64,000 bases of DNA from positions 341,372,001 through 341,436,000 of the forward strand of contig OZ024742.1 in assembly GCA_964016885.1 (NCBI GenBank), read 5' to 3'. Origin of the DNA: Eledone cirrhosa (taxonomy: Eukaryota). Shown here piece after piece: positions 39,301-57,300 of the stretch (within the stretch, counting starts at the first letter, position 1; each line of letters opens with the position of its first letter). The notes under the pieces were generated by a model. That model was not told the origin of the DNA, did no database searches, and saw only the letters and a list, made by a program, of their open reading frames with translations. A program made the position numbers and the translations under genes.

Positions 39301-42300
39301 ACAGTAACAACAACAGTAACAACAACAACAGTAACAACACCAGTAACAACAACAGTAACAACAACACTAACAACAACAGTAACAACAACAGTAACAACAA
39401 CAGCAGTAACAACAACAGTAACAACAACAACACTAACTACAACAACAGTAACAACAACACTAACAACAACAACAGTAATAACAACAGTAACAACAACAAC
39501 ATTAACAACAACGACAATAACAACAACAGTAACAACAACAGTAACAACAACACTAACAACAGTAACAACAACAGTAACAACAACAGGAACAACAACATTA
39601 ACAACAACATTAACAACAACAGTAACAACAACAGTAACAACAACAACAGTAACAACAGCAATAACAACAACGGTAACAACAACAACAGTAACAACAACAG
39701 TAACAACTACAACACTAACAACAACAACAATAACAACAACAGTAACAACAACACTAACAACAACGACAGTAACAACAACAACACTAACAACAACAGTAGC
39801 AACAACAGTAACAACAACAACACTAACAACAACAACAGTAACAACAACACTAACAACAACAACAGTAACAACAACAGTAACAACAACAGTAACAACAACA
39901 ACACTAGCAACAACAACAGTAACAACAACACTAACAACAACAACAGTAACAAGAACAGTAACAACAACAACAGTAACAACAACAGTAACCATAACAGTAA
40001 CAACAACAACACTAACAACAGTAACAACAACACTAACAACAACAACAGTAACAACAACAGTAACAACAACAACACTAACAACAACAACAGTAACAACAAC
40101 AGTAACAACAACAACAGTAACAACAGTAACAACAGTAACAACAACAACACTAACAACAACAACAGTAACAACAACAGTGACAACAACACTAACAACAACA
40201 ACAGTAACAACAACAGTGACAACAACACTAACAACAACGACAGTTACAACAACAGTAACAACAACAACACTAACAATAACAACAGTAACAGCAACAGTAA
40301 CAACAACAACACTAACAACAACAGTAGGAACAGTAACGACAACAGTAACAACAACAGTAACAACAACACTAACAACAACAGTAACAACAGTAACAACAAC
40401 AACACTAACAACAACAACAGTGACAACAACAACACTAACAACAACAACATTAACAACAACACTAACAACAACGACAGTAACAACAACAGTAACAACAACA
40501 ACACTAACAACAACAGTAGCAACAACAGTAACAACAACAACACTAACAACAACAACAGTAACAACAACAGTAACAACAACAGTAACAACAACAGTAAAAA
40601 CGACAACAGTACCAACAACAGCAACAACAACAGTAACAACAACAACACTAACAACAACAACAGTAACAACAACAACAGTAACAACAACAGTAACAACAGT
40701 AACAACAACACTAACAACAACAACAGTAACAACAACAGTAAAAACAACAACAGTACCAACAACAGTAACAACAACAGTAACAACAACGACAGTAACAACG
40801 ACACTAACAACAACGACAGTAACAACAACAGTAACAACAACACTAACAACAACGACAGTAACAACGACAGTAACAACAACAGTAACAACAACAACACTAA
40901 CAACAACAGTAACAACAGTAACACCAACAACACTAACAACAACAACAGTAACAACAACATTGACAACAACAACTGTAACAACAACACTAACAACAACAGT
41001 AACAACAACAACACTAACAACAACAGTAGCAACAACAGTAACAACAACAACACTAACAACAACAGTAACAACAACACTAACAACAACAACAGTAACCATA
41101 ACAGTAACAACAACAACAGTAACAACAACAGTAACAACAACAGTAACAACAACACTAACAACAACAGTAACAACAACAGTAACAACAACACTAACAACAA
41201 CAGTAACAACAACAGTAACAACAACAACAGTAACAACAACAGTAACAACAACAACAGTAACAACAACACTAACAACAGTAACAACAACACTAACAACAAC
41301 AGTAACAACAACAGTAACAACAACAACAGTAACAACAACAGTAACAACAACAAAAGTAACAACAGCAATAACAACAACAGTAACAACAACAACAGTAACA
41401 ACAACAGTAACAACAACACTAACAACAATACTAACAACAACAACAGTAACAACAACAGTAACAACAACAGTAACAACAAAAACAGTAACAACAACGGTAA
41501 CAACAACAACACTAACAACAAAGGTAACAACAGTAACAACAGCAACACTAACAACAACAACAGTAACAACAACAGTGACAACAACGACACTAACAACAAC
41601 AACAGTAACAACAACACTAACAACAACGACAGTTACAACAACAGTAACAACAACAACACTAACAACAACAACTGTAACATCAACACTAACAACAACGACA
41701 GTAACAACAACAGTAACGACAACAACACTAACAACAACAGTAACAACAGTAACAACAACAACACTAACAACAACGACAGTAACAACAACAGTAACAACAA
41801 CAACAGTAACAACAACAGTGACAACAACAAACACTAACAACAACAACAGTAACAACAACACTAACAACAACGACAGTTACAACAACAGTAACAACAACAA
41901 CACTAACAACAACAACAGTAACAACAACAGTAACAACAACAACAGTAACAACAACAGTAACAACAACAGTGACAACAACACTAACAACAACAACAGTAAC
42001 AACAACACTAACAACAACGACAGTTACAACAACAGTAACAACAACAACAGTAACAACAACAGTAACAACAACAGTAACAACAACAGTAACAACAACACTA
42101 ACAACAACAGTAACAACAGTAACAACAACAACACTAACAACAACAACACTAACAACAACAACAGTAACAACAACACTAACAACAACAACACTAACAACAA
42201 CAACAGTGACAACAACAACACTAACAACAACAACATTAACAACAATACTAACAACAACGATAGTAACAACAACAGTAACAACAACAACACTAACAACAAC

Positions 42301-45300
42301 AGTAGCAACAACAGTAACAACAACAACACTAACAACAACAACAGTAACAACAACACTAACAACAACAACAGTAACAACAACAGTAACAACAACAACACTA
42401 ACAACAACAACAGTAACAACAACACTAACAACAACAACAGTAACAACAACAGTAACAACAACAACAGTAACAACAACAGTAACAACAACAGTAACAACAA
42501 CAGTAACAACAACACTAACAACAACGACAGTAACAACGACAGTAACAACAACAGTAACAACAGTAACACCAACAACACTAACGACAACAAGAGTAACAAC
42601 AACAGTGACAACAACAACAGTAACAACAAAACTAACAACAACGACAGTAACAACAACAGTAACAACAACAGTAACAACAACAACACTAACAACAACAGTA
42701 GCAAAAACAGTAACAAAAACAACACTAACAACAACAGTAACAACAACACTAACAACAACAACAGTAACCATAACAGTAACAACAACAACAGTAACAATAA
42801 CAGTAACAACAACAGTAACAACAACACTAACAACAACAACAGTAACAACAACAGTAACAACAACACTAACAACAACAACAGTAACAACAACAGTAACAAC
42901 AACACTAACAACAACAGTAATAAAAACAGTAACAACAACAACAGTAACAACAAGAGTAACAACAACAACAGTAACAACAGCAGTAACAACAACAGTAACA
43001 ACAACAACACTAACAACGACAACAACAGTAACAACAACAGTAACAACAACAGTAACAACAACAACATTAACAACAGCAACAGTAACAACAACAGTAACAA
43101 CAACACTAACAACAACGACAGTAACAACAACAGTAACGAAAACAACACTAACAACAACAGTAACAACCACAACACTAGCAACAACAGTAGCAACAACAGT
43201 AACAACAACAGTAACAACAAAACTAACAACAACAGTAACAACAACACACAGTAACAACAACAGTAACAACAACACTAACAACAACAGTAACAACAATACT
43301 AAGAACAACAACAGTAACAACAACAGTAACAACAACACTAACAACAACAGAACCAAAACAGTAACAACAACAACAGTAACAACAACAGTAACAACAACAA
43401 CAGTAACAACAGCAGTAACAACGACAGTAACAACAACAGTAACAACAACACTAACAACAACGACAGTAACAACAACAGTAACGACAACAACACTAACAAC
43501 AACAGTAACAACAGTAACAACAACAACACTAACAACAACGACAGTAACAACAACAGTAACAACAACAACACTAACAACAGTAACAACAACACTAACAACA
43601 ACAACAGTAACAACAACAGTGACAACAACAGTAAAAACAACAACAACAGTAACAACAACAGTAACAACAACACTAACAACAACGACAGTAACAACAACAG
43701 TAACGACAACAACACTAACAACAACAGTAACAAGAGTAACAACAACAACACTAACAACAACGACAGCAACAACAACAGTAACGACAACGATACTAACAAC
43801 AACAGTAACAACAGTAACAAGAACAACAGTAACAACAACAACACTAACAACAACAACAGTAAAAACAACAACACTAACAACAACGACAGTAACAACAACA
43901 GTAACGAAAACAACACTAACAACAATAGTAACAACAACAACACTAACAACAACAGTAGCAAAAACAGTAACAACAACAACACTAACAACAACAGTAACAA
44001 CAACACTAACAACAACAACAGTAACCATAACAGTAACAACAACAACAGTAACAATAACAGTAACAACAACAGTAACAACAACAACAGTAACAACAACAGT
44101 AACAACAACACTAACAACAACAACAGTAACAACAACAGTAACAACAACACTAACAACAACAGTAATAAAAACAGTAACAACAACAACAGTAACAACAAGA
44201 GTAACAACAACAACAGTAACAACAGCAGTAACAACAACAGTAACAACAACAACACTAACAACGACAACAACAGTAACAACAACAGTAACAACAACAGTAA
44301 CAACAACAACATTAACAACAGCAACAGTAACAACAACAGTAACAACAACACTAACAACAACGACAGTAACAACAACAGTAACGAAAACAACACTAACAAC
44401 AACAGTAACAACCACAACACTAGCAACAACAGTAGCAACAACAGTAGCAACAACAGTAACAACAACAGTAACAACAAAACTAACAACAACAGTAACAACA
44501 ACACACAGTAACAACAACAGTAACAACAACACTAACAACAACAGTAACAACAATACTAAGAACAACAACACTAACAACAACAACAGTAACAACAACACTA
44601 ACAACAACGACAGTTACAACAACAGTAACAACAACAACAGTAACAACAACAGTAACAACAACAGTAACAACAACAGTAACAACAACACTAACAACAACAG
44701 TAACAACAGTAACAACAACAACACTAACAACAACAACACTAACAACAACAACAGTAACAACAACACTAACAACAACAACAGTGACAACAACAACACTAAC
44801 AACAACAACATTAACAACAATACTAACAACAACGATAGTAACAACAACAGTAACAACAACAACACTAACAACAACAGTAGCAACAACAGTAACAACAACA
44901 ACACTAACAACAACAACAGTAACAACAACACTAACAACAACAACAGTAACAACAACAGTAACAACAACAACACTAACAACAACAACAGTAACAACAACAC
45001 TAACAACAACAACAGTAACAACAACAGTAACAACAACAACAGTAACAACAACAGTAACAACAACAGTAACAACAACAGTAACAACAACACTAACAACAAC
45101 GACAGTAACAACGACAGTAACAACAACAGTAACAACAGTAACACCAACAACACTAACGACAACAAGAGTAACAACAACAGTGACAACAACAACAGTAACA
45201 ACAAAACTAACAACAACGACAGTAACAACGACAGTAACAACAACAGTAACAACAACAACACTAACAACAACAGTAGCAAAAACAGTAACAACAACAACAC

Positions 45301-48300
45301 TAACAACAACAGTAACAACAACACTAACAACAACAACAGTAACCATAACAGTAACAACAACAACAGTAACAATAACAGTAACAACAACAGTAACAACAAC
45401 ACTAACAACAACAACAGTAACAACAACAGTAACAACAACACTAACAACAACAGTAATAAAAACAGTAACAACAACAACAGTAACAACAAGAGTAACAACA
45501 ACAACAGTAACAACAGCAGTAACAACAACAGTAACAACAACAACACTAACAACGACAACAACAGTAACAACAACAGTAACAACAACAGTAACAACAACAA
45601 CATTAACAACAGCAACAGTAACAACAACAGTAACAACAACACTAACAACAACGACAGTAACAACAACAGTAACGAAAACAACACTAACAACAACAGTAAC
45701 AACCACAACACTAGCAACAACAGTAGCAACAACAGTAACAACAACAGTAACAACAAAACTAACAACAACAGTAACAACAACACACAGTAACAACAACAGT
45801 AACAACAACACTAACAACAACAGTAACAACAATACTAAGAACAACAACAGTAACAACAACAGTAACAACAACACTAACAACAACAGTAACAACAACAGTA
45901 ACAACAACAGTAACAACAACACTAACAACAACAACACTAACAACAACAACAACAACAGTGACAACAACAACACTAACAATAACAACATTAACAACAATAC
46001 TAACAACAACGATAGTAACAACAACAGTAACAACAACAACACTAACAACAACAGTAGCAACAACAGTAACAACAACAACACTAACAACACCAACAGTAAC
46101 AACAACACTAACAACAACAACAGTAACAACAACAGTAACAACAACAATAGTAACAACAAAAGTAACAACAACAGTAACAACAACACTAACAACAACGACA
46201 GTAACAACGACAGTAACAACAACAGTAACAACAGTAACACCAACAACACTAACGACAACAAGAATAACAACAACAGTGACAACAACAACAGTAACAACAA
46301 AACTAACAACAACGACAGTAACAACGACAGTAACAACAACAGTAACAACAACAACACTAACAACAACAGTAGCAAAAACAGTAACAACAACAACACTAAC
46401 AACAACAGTAACAACAACACTAACAACAACAACAGTAACCATAACAGTAACAACAACAACAGTAACAATAACAGTAACAACAACAGTAACAACAACACTA
46501 ACAACAACAACAGTAACAACAACAGTAACAACAACACTAACAACAACAACAGTAACAACAACAGTAACAACAACACTAACAACAACAGTAATAAAAACAG
46601 TAACAACAACAACAGTAACAACAAGAGTAACAACAACAGTAACAACAGCAGTAACAACAACAGTAACAACAACAACACTAACAACGACAACAACAGTAAC
46701 AACAACAGTAACAACAACAGTAACAACAACAACATTAACAGCAGCAACAGTAACAACAACAGTAACAACAACACTAACAACAACGACAGTAACAACAACA
46801 GTAACGAAAACAACACTAACAACAACAGTAACAACCACAACACTAGCAACAACAGTAGCAACAACAGTAACAACAACAGTAACAACAAAACTAACAACAA
46901 CAGTAACAACAACACACAGTAACAACAACAGTAACAACAACAGTAACAACAACACTAACAACAACAGAACCAAAACAGTAACAACAACAACAGTAACAAC
47001 AACAGTAACAACAACAACAGTAACAACAGCAGTAACAACGACAGTAACAACAACAGTAACAACAACACTAACAACAACGACAGTAACAACAACAGTAACG
47101 ACAACAACACTAACAACAACAGTAACAACAGTAACAACAACAACACTAACAACAACGACAGTAACAACAACAGTAACAACAACAACACTAACAACAGTAA
47201 CAACAACACTAACAACAACAACAGTAACAACAACAGTGACAACAACAGTAAAAACAACAACAACAGTAACAATAACACTAAAAACAACGATAGTTACAAC
47301 AACACTAACAACAACAACAGTAACAACAACAGTAACAACAACACTAACAACAACGACAGTAACAACAACAGTAACGACAACAACACTAACAACAACAGTA
47401 ACAAGAGTAACAACAACAACACTAACAACAACGACAGCAACAACAACAGTAACGACAACGATACTAACAACAACAGTAACAACAGTAACAAGAACAACAG
47501 TAACAACAACAACACTAACAACAACAACAGTAAAAACAACAACACTAACAACAACGACAGTAACAACAACAGTAACGAAAACAACACTAACAACAATAGT
47601 AACAACAACAACACTAACAACAACAGTCACAACAACAGTAACAACAACAACACTAACAACAACAACAGTAACAACAACAGTGACAACAACAACACTAACA
47701 ACAACAGTAACAACAACACTAACAACAACGTCAGTTACAACAACAGTAACAACAAGACTAACAACAACAACAGTAACAACAACAGTAACAACAACAACAC
47801 TAACAACAACGACAGCAACAACAACAGTAACGACAACGATACTAACAACAACATTAACAGCAGTAACAACAACAGTGACAACAACACTAACAACAACGAC
47901 AGTAACAACAACAGTAACGAAAACAACACTAACAACAATAGTAACAACAACAACACTAAGAACAACAGTAGCAACAACAGTAACAACAACAACACTAACA
48001 ATAACAACAGTAACAACAACAGTAACAACAACAACACTAACAACAACATTAACAACAAAAGTAACAACAACACTAACAACAACAGTAACAACAACAGTAA
48101 CAACAACAACACTAACAACAACAACAGTAACAACAACAGTGACAACAACAACACTAACAACAACACTAACAACAACACTAACAACAACACTAACAACAAC
48201 GACAGTTACAACAACAGTAACAACAAGACTAACAACAACAACAGTAACAACAACAATAACAACAACACTAACAACAACGACAGCAACAACAACAGTAACA

Positions 48301-51300
48301 ACAGTAACAACAACAACACTAACAACAACGACAATAACAACAACAACACTTACAACAACAGTAGCAACAACAGTGACAACAACAACACTAACAACAACAA
48401 TAACAACAGTAACAACAACAACACTAACAACAACGACAGTAACAACAACAACACTAACAACAACGACAGTAACAACAACAGTAACAACAATAACACTAAC
48501 AACAAGAACAGTAACAACAACAGTGACAACAACAACACTAACAACAACACTAACAACAACAACACTAACAACAACAACTCTAACAACAACAACACTAACA
48601 ACAACAGTAAGAACAACACTAACAACAACGACAGTAACAACAACAGTAACGACAACAACACTAACAACAACAGTAACAACAGTAACAACAGTAACAACAA
48701 CAACACTAACAACAACGACAGTAACAACAACAGTAACAACAACAACAGTAACAACAACAGTAACAACAACACTGACAACAACTACAGTAACAACAACAGT
48801 AACAACAACAACACTAACAACAACAGTAGCAACAACAGTAACAACAACAACACTAACAACAACAACAGTAACAACAACACTAACAACAACAACAGTAACA
48901 AGAACAGTAACAACAACAACACTAACAACAACAGTAGCAACAACAGTAACAACAACAACAGTAACAACAAGGGTAACAACAACAACAGTAACAACAACAG
49001 TAACCATAACAGTAACAACAACAACACTAACAACAACAGTAACAACAACACTAACAACAACACTAACAACAACGACAGTAACAACAACAGTAACAACAAC
49101 ACTAACAACAACGACAGTAACAACGACAGTAACAACAACAGTAACAACAACAACACTAACAACAACAGTAACAACATTAACACCAACAACACTAACAACA
49201 ACAACAGTAACAACAACAGTGACAACAACAACACTAACAACAACAACTGTAACAACAACACTAACAACAACGACAGTAACAACAACAGTAACAACAACAA
49301 CAACACTAACAACAACAACAGTAACCATAACAGTAACAACAACAACAGTAACAACAACAGTAACAACAACAGTAACAACAACACTAACAACAACAACAGT
49401 AACAACAACAATAACAACAACAACAGTAACAACAACAGTAACAACAACAGCAGTAACAACAACAGTAACAACAACAACACTAACTACAACAACAGTAACA
49501 ACAACACTAACAACAACAACAGTAATAACAACAGTAACAACAACAACATTAACAACAACGACAATAACAACAATAGTAACAACAACAGCAGTAACAACAA
49601 CAGTAACAACAACAACACTAACTACAACAACAGTAACAACAACACTAACAACAACAACAGTAATAACAACAGTAACAACAACAACATTAACAACAACGAC
49701 AATAACAACAACAGTAACAACAACAGTAACAACAACACTAACAACAGTAACAACAACAGTAACAACAACAGTAACAACAACATTAACAAGAACAGTAACA
49801 ACAACAGTAACAACAACAACAGTAACAACAGCAATAACAACAACGGTAACAACAACAACAGTAACAACTACAACACTAACAACAACAACAATAACAACAA
49901 CAGTAACAACAACACTAACAACAACTACAGTAACAACAACAACACTAACAACAACAGTAGCAACAACAGTAACAACAACAACACTAACAATAACAACAGT
50001 AACAACAACACTAACAACAACAACAGTAGCAACAACAGTAACAACAACAATAACAACAACAACACTAGCAACAACAACAGTAACAACAACACTAACAACA
50101 ACAACAGTAACAACAACAACAGTAACAACAACAGTAACCATAACAGTAACAACAACAACACTAACAACAGTAACAACAACACTAACAACAACAACAGTAA
50201 CAACAACAGTAACAACAACAACACTAACAACAACAACAGTAACAACAACAGTGACAACAACACTAACAACAACAACAGTAACAACAACAGTGACAACAAC
50301 ACTAACAACAACGACAGTTACAACAACAGTAACAACAACAACACTAACAATAACAACAGTAACAGCAACAGTAACAACAACAACACTAACAACAAAAGTA
50401 GGAACAGTAACGACAACAGTAACAACAACAACAGTAACAATAAAAGTAACAACAACAGTAACAACAACAGTAACAACAACACTAACAACAACAGTAACAA
50501 CAGTAACAACAACAACACTAACAACAACAACAGTGACAACAACAACACTAACAACAACAACATTAACAACAACACTAACAACAACGACAGTAACAACAAC
50601 AGTAACAACAACAACACTAACAACAACAGTAGCAACACCAGTAACAACAACAACACTAACAACAACAACAGTAACAACAAGACTAACAACAACAATAGTA
50701 ACAACAACAGTAACAACAACAGTAACAACAACAACACTAACAACAACAACAGTAACAACAACAGTAACAACAACAGTAACAACAACAGTAAAAACGACAA
50801 CAGTACCAACAACAGCAACAACAACAGTAACCACAACACTAACAACAACAACAGTAACAACAACAACAGTAACAACAACAGTAACAACAGTAACAACAAC
50901 ACTAACAACAACAACACTAACAACAAAAGTAACAACAGTAACAACAACAACACTAACAACAACACTAACAACAACACTAACAACAACGACAGTAACAACG
51001 ACAGTAACAACAACAGTAACAACAGTAACACCAACAACACTAACAACAACACTAACAACAACAACAGTAACAACAACACTAACAACAACGACAGTAACAA
51101 CGACAGTAACAACAACAGTAACAACAACAAAACTAACAACAACAGTAACAACAGTAACACCAACAACACTAACAACAACAACAGTAACAACAACATTGAC
51201 AACAACAACTGTAACAACAACACTAACAACAACAGTAACAACAACAACACTAACAACAACAGTAGCAACAACAGTAACAACAACAACACTAACAACAACA

Positions 51301-54300
51301 GTAACAACAACAGTAACAACAACACTAACAACAACAGTACCAACAACAGTAACAAAAACACTAACAACAACAGTAACAACAACAGTAACAACAACAACAG
51401 TAACAACAACAGTAACAACAACAACAGTAACAACAACACTAACAACAGTAACAACAACACTAACAACAACAGTAACAACAACAGTAACAACAACAACAGT
51501 AACAACAACAGTAACAACAACAAAAGTAACAACAGCAATAACAACAACAGTAACAACAACAGTAACAACAACAGTAACAACAACACTGACAACAGCAACA
51601 GTAACAACAACAGTAACAACAACAACAGTAACAACAACAGTAACAACAACAAAAGTAACAACAGCAATAACAACAACAGTAACAACAACAACAGTAACAA
51701 CAACAGTAACAACAACACTAACAACAACGACAGTAACAACAACAGTAACGAAAACAACACTAACAACAACAGTAACAACAACAATACTAACAATAACAGT
51801 AGCAACAACAGTAACCATAACAGTAACAACAACAACATTAACAACAACAGTAACAACAACACTAACAACAATACTAACAACAACAACAGTAACAACAACA
51901 GTAACAACAACAGTAACAACAAAAACAGTAACAACAACGGTAACAACAACAACACTAACAACAACAGTAACAACAGTAACAACAACAACACTAACAACAA
52001 CAACAGTAACAACAACAGTGACAACAACAACACTAACAACAACAACAGTAACAACAACACTAACAACAACGACAGTTACAACAACAGTAACAACAACAAC
52101 ACTAACAACAACAACAGTAACATCAACACTAACAACAACACTAACAACAACAGTAGCAACAGTAACAACAACAGTAACAACAACAAAACTAACAACAGTA
52201 ACAACAGTAACAACAACAACAACACTAACAACAACAACAGTAACAACAACAGTGACAACAACAAACACTAACAACAACAACAGTAACAACAACATTAACA
52301 ACAACAGTAACAACAACAGTAACAACAACAACAGTAACAACAGCAATAACAACAACGGTAACAACAACAACAGTAACAACAACAGTAACAACTACAACAC
52401 TAACAACAACAACAATAACAACAACAGTAACAACAACACTAACAACAACTACAGTAACAACAACAACACTAACAACAACAGTAGCAACAACAGTAACAAC
52501 AACAACACTAACAATAACAACAGTAACAACAACACTAACAACAACAACAGTAACAACAACAGTAACAACAACAATAACAACAACAACACTAGCAACAACA
52601 ACAGTAACAACAACACTAACAACAACAACAGTAACAACAACAGTAACAACAACAACAGTAACAACAACAGTAACCATAACAGTAACAACAACAACACTAA
52701 CAACAGTAACAACAACACTAACAACAACAACAGTAACAACAACAGTAACAACAACAACACTAACAACAACAACAGTAACAACAACAGTGACAACAACACT
52801 AACAACAACAACAGTAACAACAACAGTGACAACAACACTAACAACAACGACAGTTACAACAACAGTAACAACAACAACACTAACAATAACAACAGTAACA
52901 GCAACAGTAACAACAACAACACTAACAACAACAGTAGGAACAGTAACGACAACAGTAACAACAACAACAGTAACAATAAAAGTAACAACAACAGTAACAA
53001 CAACAGTAACAACAACACTAACAACAACAGTAACAACAGTAACAACAACAACACTAACAACAACAACAGTGACAACAACAACACTAACAACAACAACATT
53101 AACAACAACACTAACAACAACGACAGTAACAACAACAGTAACAACAACAACACTAACAACAACAGTAGCAACAACAGTAACAACAACAACACTAACAACA
53201 ACAACAGTAACAACAACACTAACAACAACAACAGTAACAACAACAGTAACAACAACAGTAACAACAACAACACTAACAACAACAACAGTAACAACAACAG
53301 TAACAACAACAGTAAAAACGACAACAGTACCAACAACAGCAACAACAACAGTAACAACAACACTAACAACAACAACAGTAACAACAACAACAGTAACAAC
53401 AACAGTAACAACAGTAACAACAACACTAACAACAACAACACTAACAACAAAAGTAACAACAGTAACAACAACAACACTAACAACAACACTAACAACAACA
53501 CTAACAACAACGACAGTAACAAAGACAGTAACAACAACAGTAACAACAGTAACACCAACAACACTAACAACAACACTAACAACAACAACAGTAACAACAA
53601 CACTAACAACAACGACAGTAACAACGACACTAACAACAACGACAGTAACAACAACAGTAACAACAACACTAACAACAACGACAGTAACAACGACAGTAAC
53701 AACAACAGTAACAACAACAACACTAACAACAACAGTAACAACAGTAACACCAACAACACTAACAACAACAACAGTAACAACAACATTGACAACAACAACT
53801 GTAACAACAACACTAACAACAACAGTAACAACAACAACACTAACAACAACAGTAGCAACAACAGTAACAACAACAACACTAACAACAACAGTAACAACAA
53901 CAGTAACAACAACACTAACAACAACAGTAACAACAACAGTAACAAAAACACTAACAACAACAGTAACAACAACAGTAACAACAACAACAGTAACAACAAC
54001 AGTAACAACAACAACAGTAACAACAACACTAACAACAGTAACAACAACACTAACAACAACAGTAACAACAACAGTAACAACAACAACAGTAACAACAACA
54101 GTAACAACAACAGTAACAACAACACTGACAACAGCAACAGTAACAACAACAGTAACAACAACAACAGTAACAACAACAGTAACAACAACAAAAGTAACAA
54201 CAGCAATAACAACAACAGTAACAACAACAACAGTAACAACAACAGTAACAACAACACTAACAACAACGACAGTAACAACAACAGTAACGAAAACAACACT

Positions 54301-57300
54301 AACAACAACAGTAACAACAACAATACTAACAATAACAGTAGCAACAACAGTAACCATAACAGTAACAACAACAACATTAACAACAACAGTAGCAACAACA
54401 GGAACAACAAAAACAGTAACAACAACGGTAACAACAACAACACTAACAACAACAGTAACAACAGTAACAACAACAACACTAACAACAACAACAGTAACAA
54501 CAACAGTGACAACAACAACACTAACAACAACAACAGTAACAACAACACTAACAACAACGACAGTTACAACAACAGTAACAACAACAACACTAACAACAAC
54601 AACAGTAACATCAACACTAACAACAACGACAGTAACAACAACAGTAACGACAACAACACTAACAACAACAGTAACAACAGTAACAACAACAACACTAACA
54701 ACAACGACAGTAACAACAACAGTAACAACAACAACACTAACAACAACAGTAGCAACAGTAACAACAACAGTAACAACAACAAAACTAACAACAGTAACAA
54801 CAGTAACAACAACAACAACACTAACAACAACAACAGTAACAACAACAGTGACAACAACAAACACTAACAACAACAACAGTAACAACAACACTAACAACAA
54901 CGACAGTTACAACAACAGTAACAACAACAACACTAACAACAACAACAGTAACAACAACAGTAACAACAACAACAGTAACAACAACAGTAACAACAGTAAC
55001 AACAACAACACTAACAACAACAACAGTAACAACAACAGTGACAACAACACTAACAACAACAACAGTAACAACAACACTAACAACAACGACAGTTACAACA
55101 ACAGTAACAACAACAACAGTAACAACAACAGTAACAACAACACTAACAACAACAGTAACAACAGTAACAACAACAACACTAACAACAACAACACTAACAA
55201 CAACAACAGTAACAACAACACTAACAACAACACTAACAACAACAACAGTGACAACAACAACACTAACAACAACAACATTAACAACAATACTAACAACAAC
55301 GATAGTAACAACAACAGTAACAACAACAACACTAACAACAACAGTAGCAACAACAGTAACAACAACAACACTAACAACAACAACAGTAACAACAACACTA
55401 ACAACAACAACAGTAGCAACAACAGTAACAACAACACTAACAACAACAGTAACAACAACAGTAACAACAACAACAGTAACAACAACAGTAACAACAACAA
55501 CAGTAACAACACCAGTAACAACAACAGTAACAACAACACTAACAACAACAGTAACAACAACAGTAACAACAACAGCAGTAACAACAACAGTAACAACAAC
55601 AACACTAACTACAACAACAGTAACAACAACACTAACAACAACAACAGTAATAACAACAGTAACAACAACAACATTAACAACAACGACAATAACAACAACA
55701 GTAACAACAACAACACTAACAACAACAACAGTGACAACAACAACACTAACAACAACAACATTAACAACAACACTAACAACAACGACAGTAACAACAACAG
55801 TATCAACAACAACACTAACAACAACAGTAGCAACAACAGTAACAACAACAACACTAACAACAACAACAGTAACAACAACAGTAACAACAACAGTAACAAC
55901 AACAGTAAAAACGACAACAGTACCAACAACAGCAACAACAACAGTAAAAACAACAACACTAACAACAACAACAGTAACAACAACAACAGTAACAACAACA
56001 GTAACAACAGTAACAACAACACTAACAACAACAACAGTAACAACAACAGTAAAAACAACAACAGTACCAACAACAGTAACAACAACAGTAACAACAACAA
56101 CACTAACAACAAAAGTAACAACAGTAACAACAACAACACTAACAACAACACTAACAACAACACTAACAACAACGACAGTAACAACGACAGTAACAACAAC
56201 AGTAACAACAGTAACACCAACAACACTAACAACAACACTAACAACAACAACAGTAACAACAACACTAACAACAACGACAGTAACAACGACACTCACAACA
56301 ACGACAGTAACAACAACAGTAACAACAACACTAACAACAACGACAGTAACAACGACAGTAACAACAACAGTAACAACAACAACACTAACAACAACAGTAA
56401 CAACAGTAACACCAACAACACTAACAACAACAACAGTAACAACAACATTGACAACAACAACTGTAACAACAACACTAACAACAACAGTAACAACAACAAC
56501 ACTAACAACAACAGTAGCAACAACAGTAACAACAACAACACTAACAACAACAGTAACAACAACACTAACAACAACAACAGTAACCATAACAGTAACAACA
56601 ACAACAGTAACAACAACAGTAACAACAACAGTAACAACAACACTAACAACAACAGTAACAACAACAGTAACAACAACACTAACAACAACAGTAACAACAA
56701 CAGTAACAACAACAACAGTAACAACAACAGTAACAACAACAACAGTAACAACAACACTAACAACAGTAACAACAACAGTAACAACAACAACAGTAACAAC
56801 AACAGTAACAACAACAAAAGTAACAACAGCAATAACAACAACAGTAACAACAACAACAGTAACAACAACAGTAACAACAACACTGACAACAGCAACAGTA
56901 ACAACAACAGTAACAACAACAACAGTAACAACAACAGTAACAACAACAAAAGTAACAACAGCAATAACAACAACAGTAACAACAACAACAGTAACAACAA
57001 CAGTAACAACAACACTAACAACAACGACAGTAACAACAGTAAGGAAAACAACACTAACAACAACAGTAACAACAACAACACTAACAATAACAGTAGCAAC
57101 AACAGTAACAACAACAGTAACAACAACACTAACAACAACAACAGTAACAACAACAGTAACCATAACAGTAACAACAACAACATTAACAACAACAGTAACA
57201 ACAACACTAACAACAATACTAACAACAACAACAGTAACAACAACAGTAACAACAACAGTAACAACAACGGTAACAACAACAACACTAACAACAAAGGTAA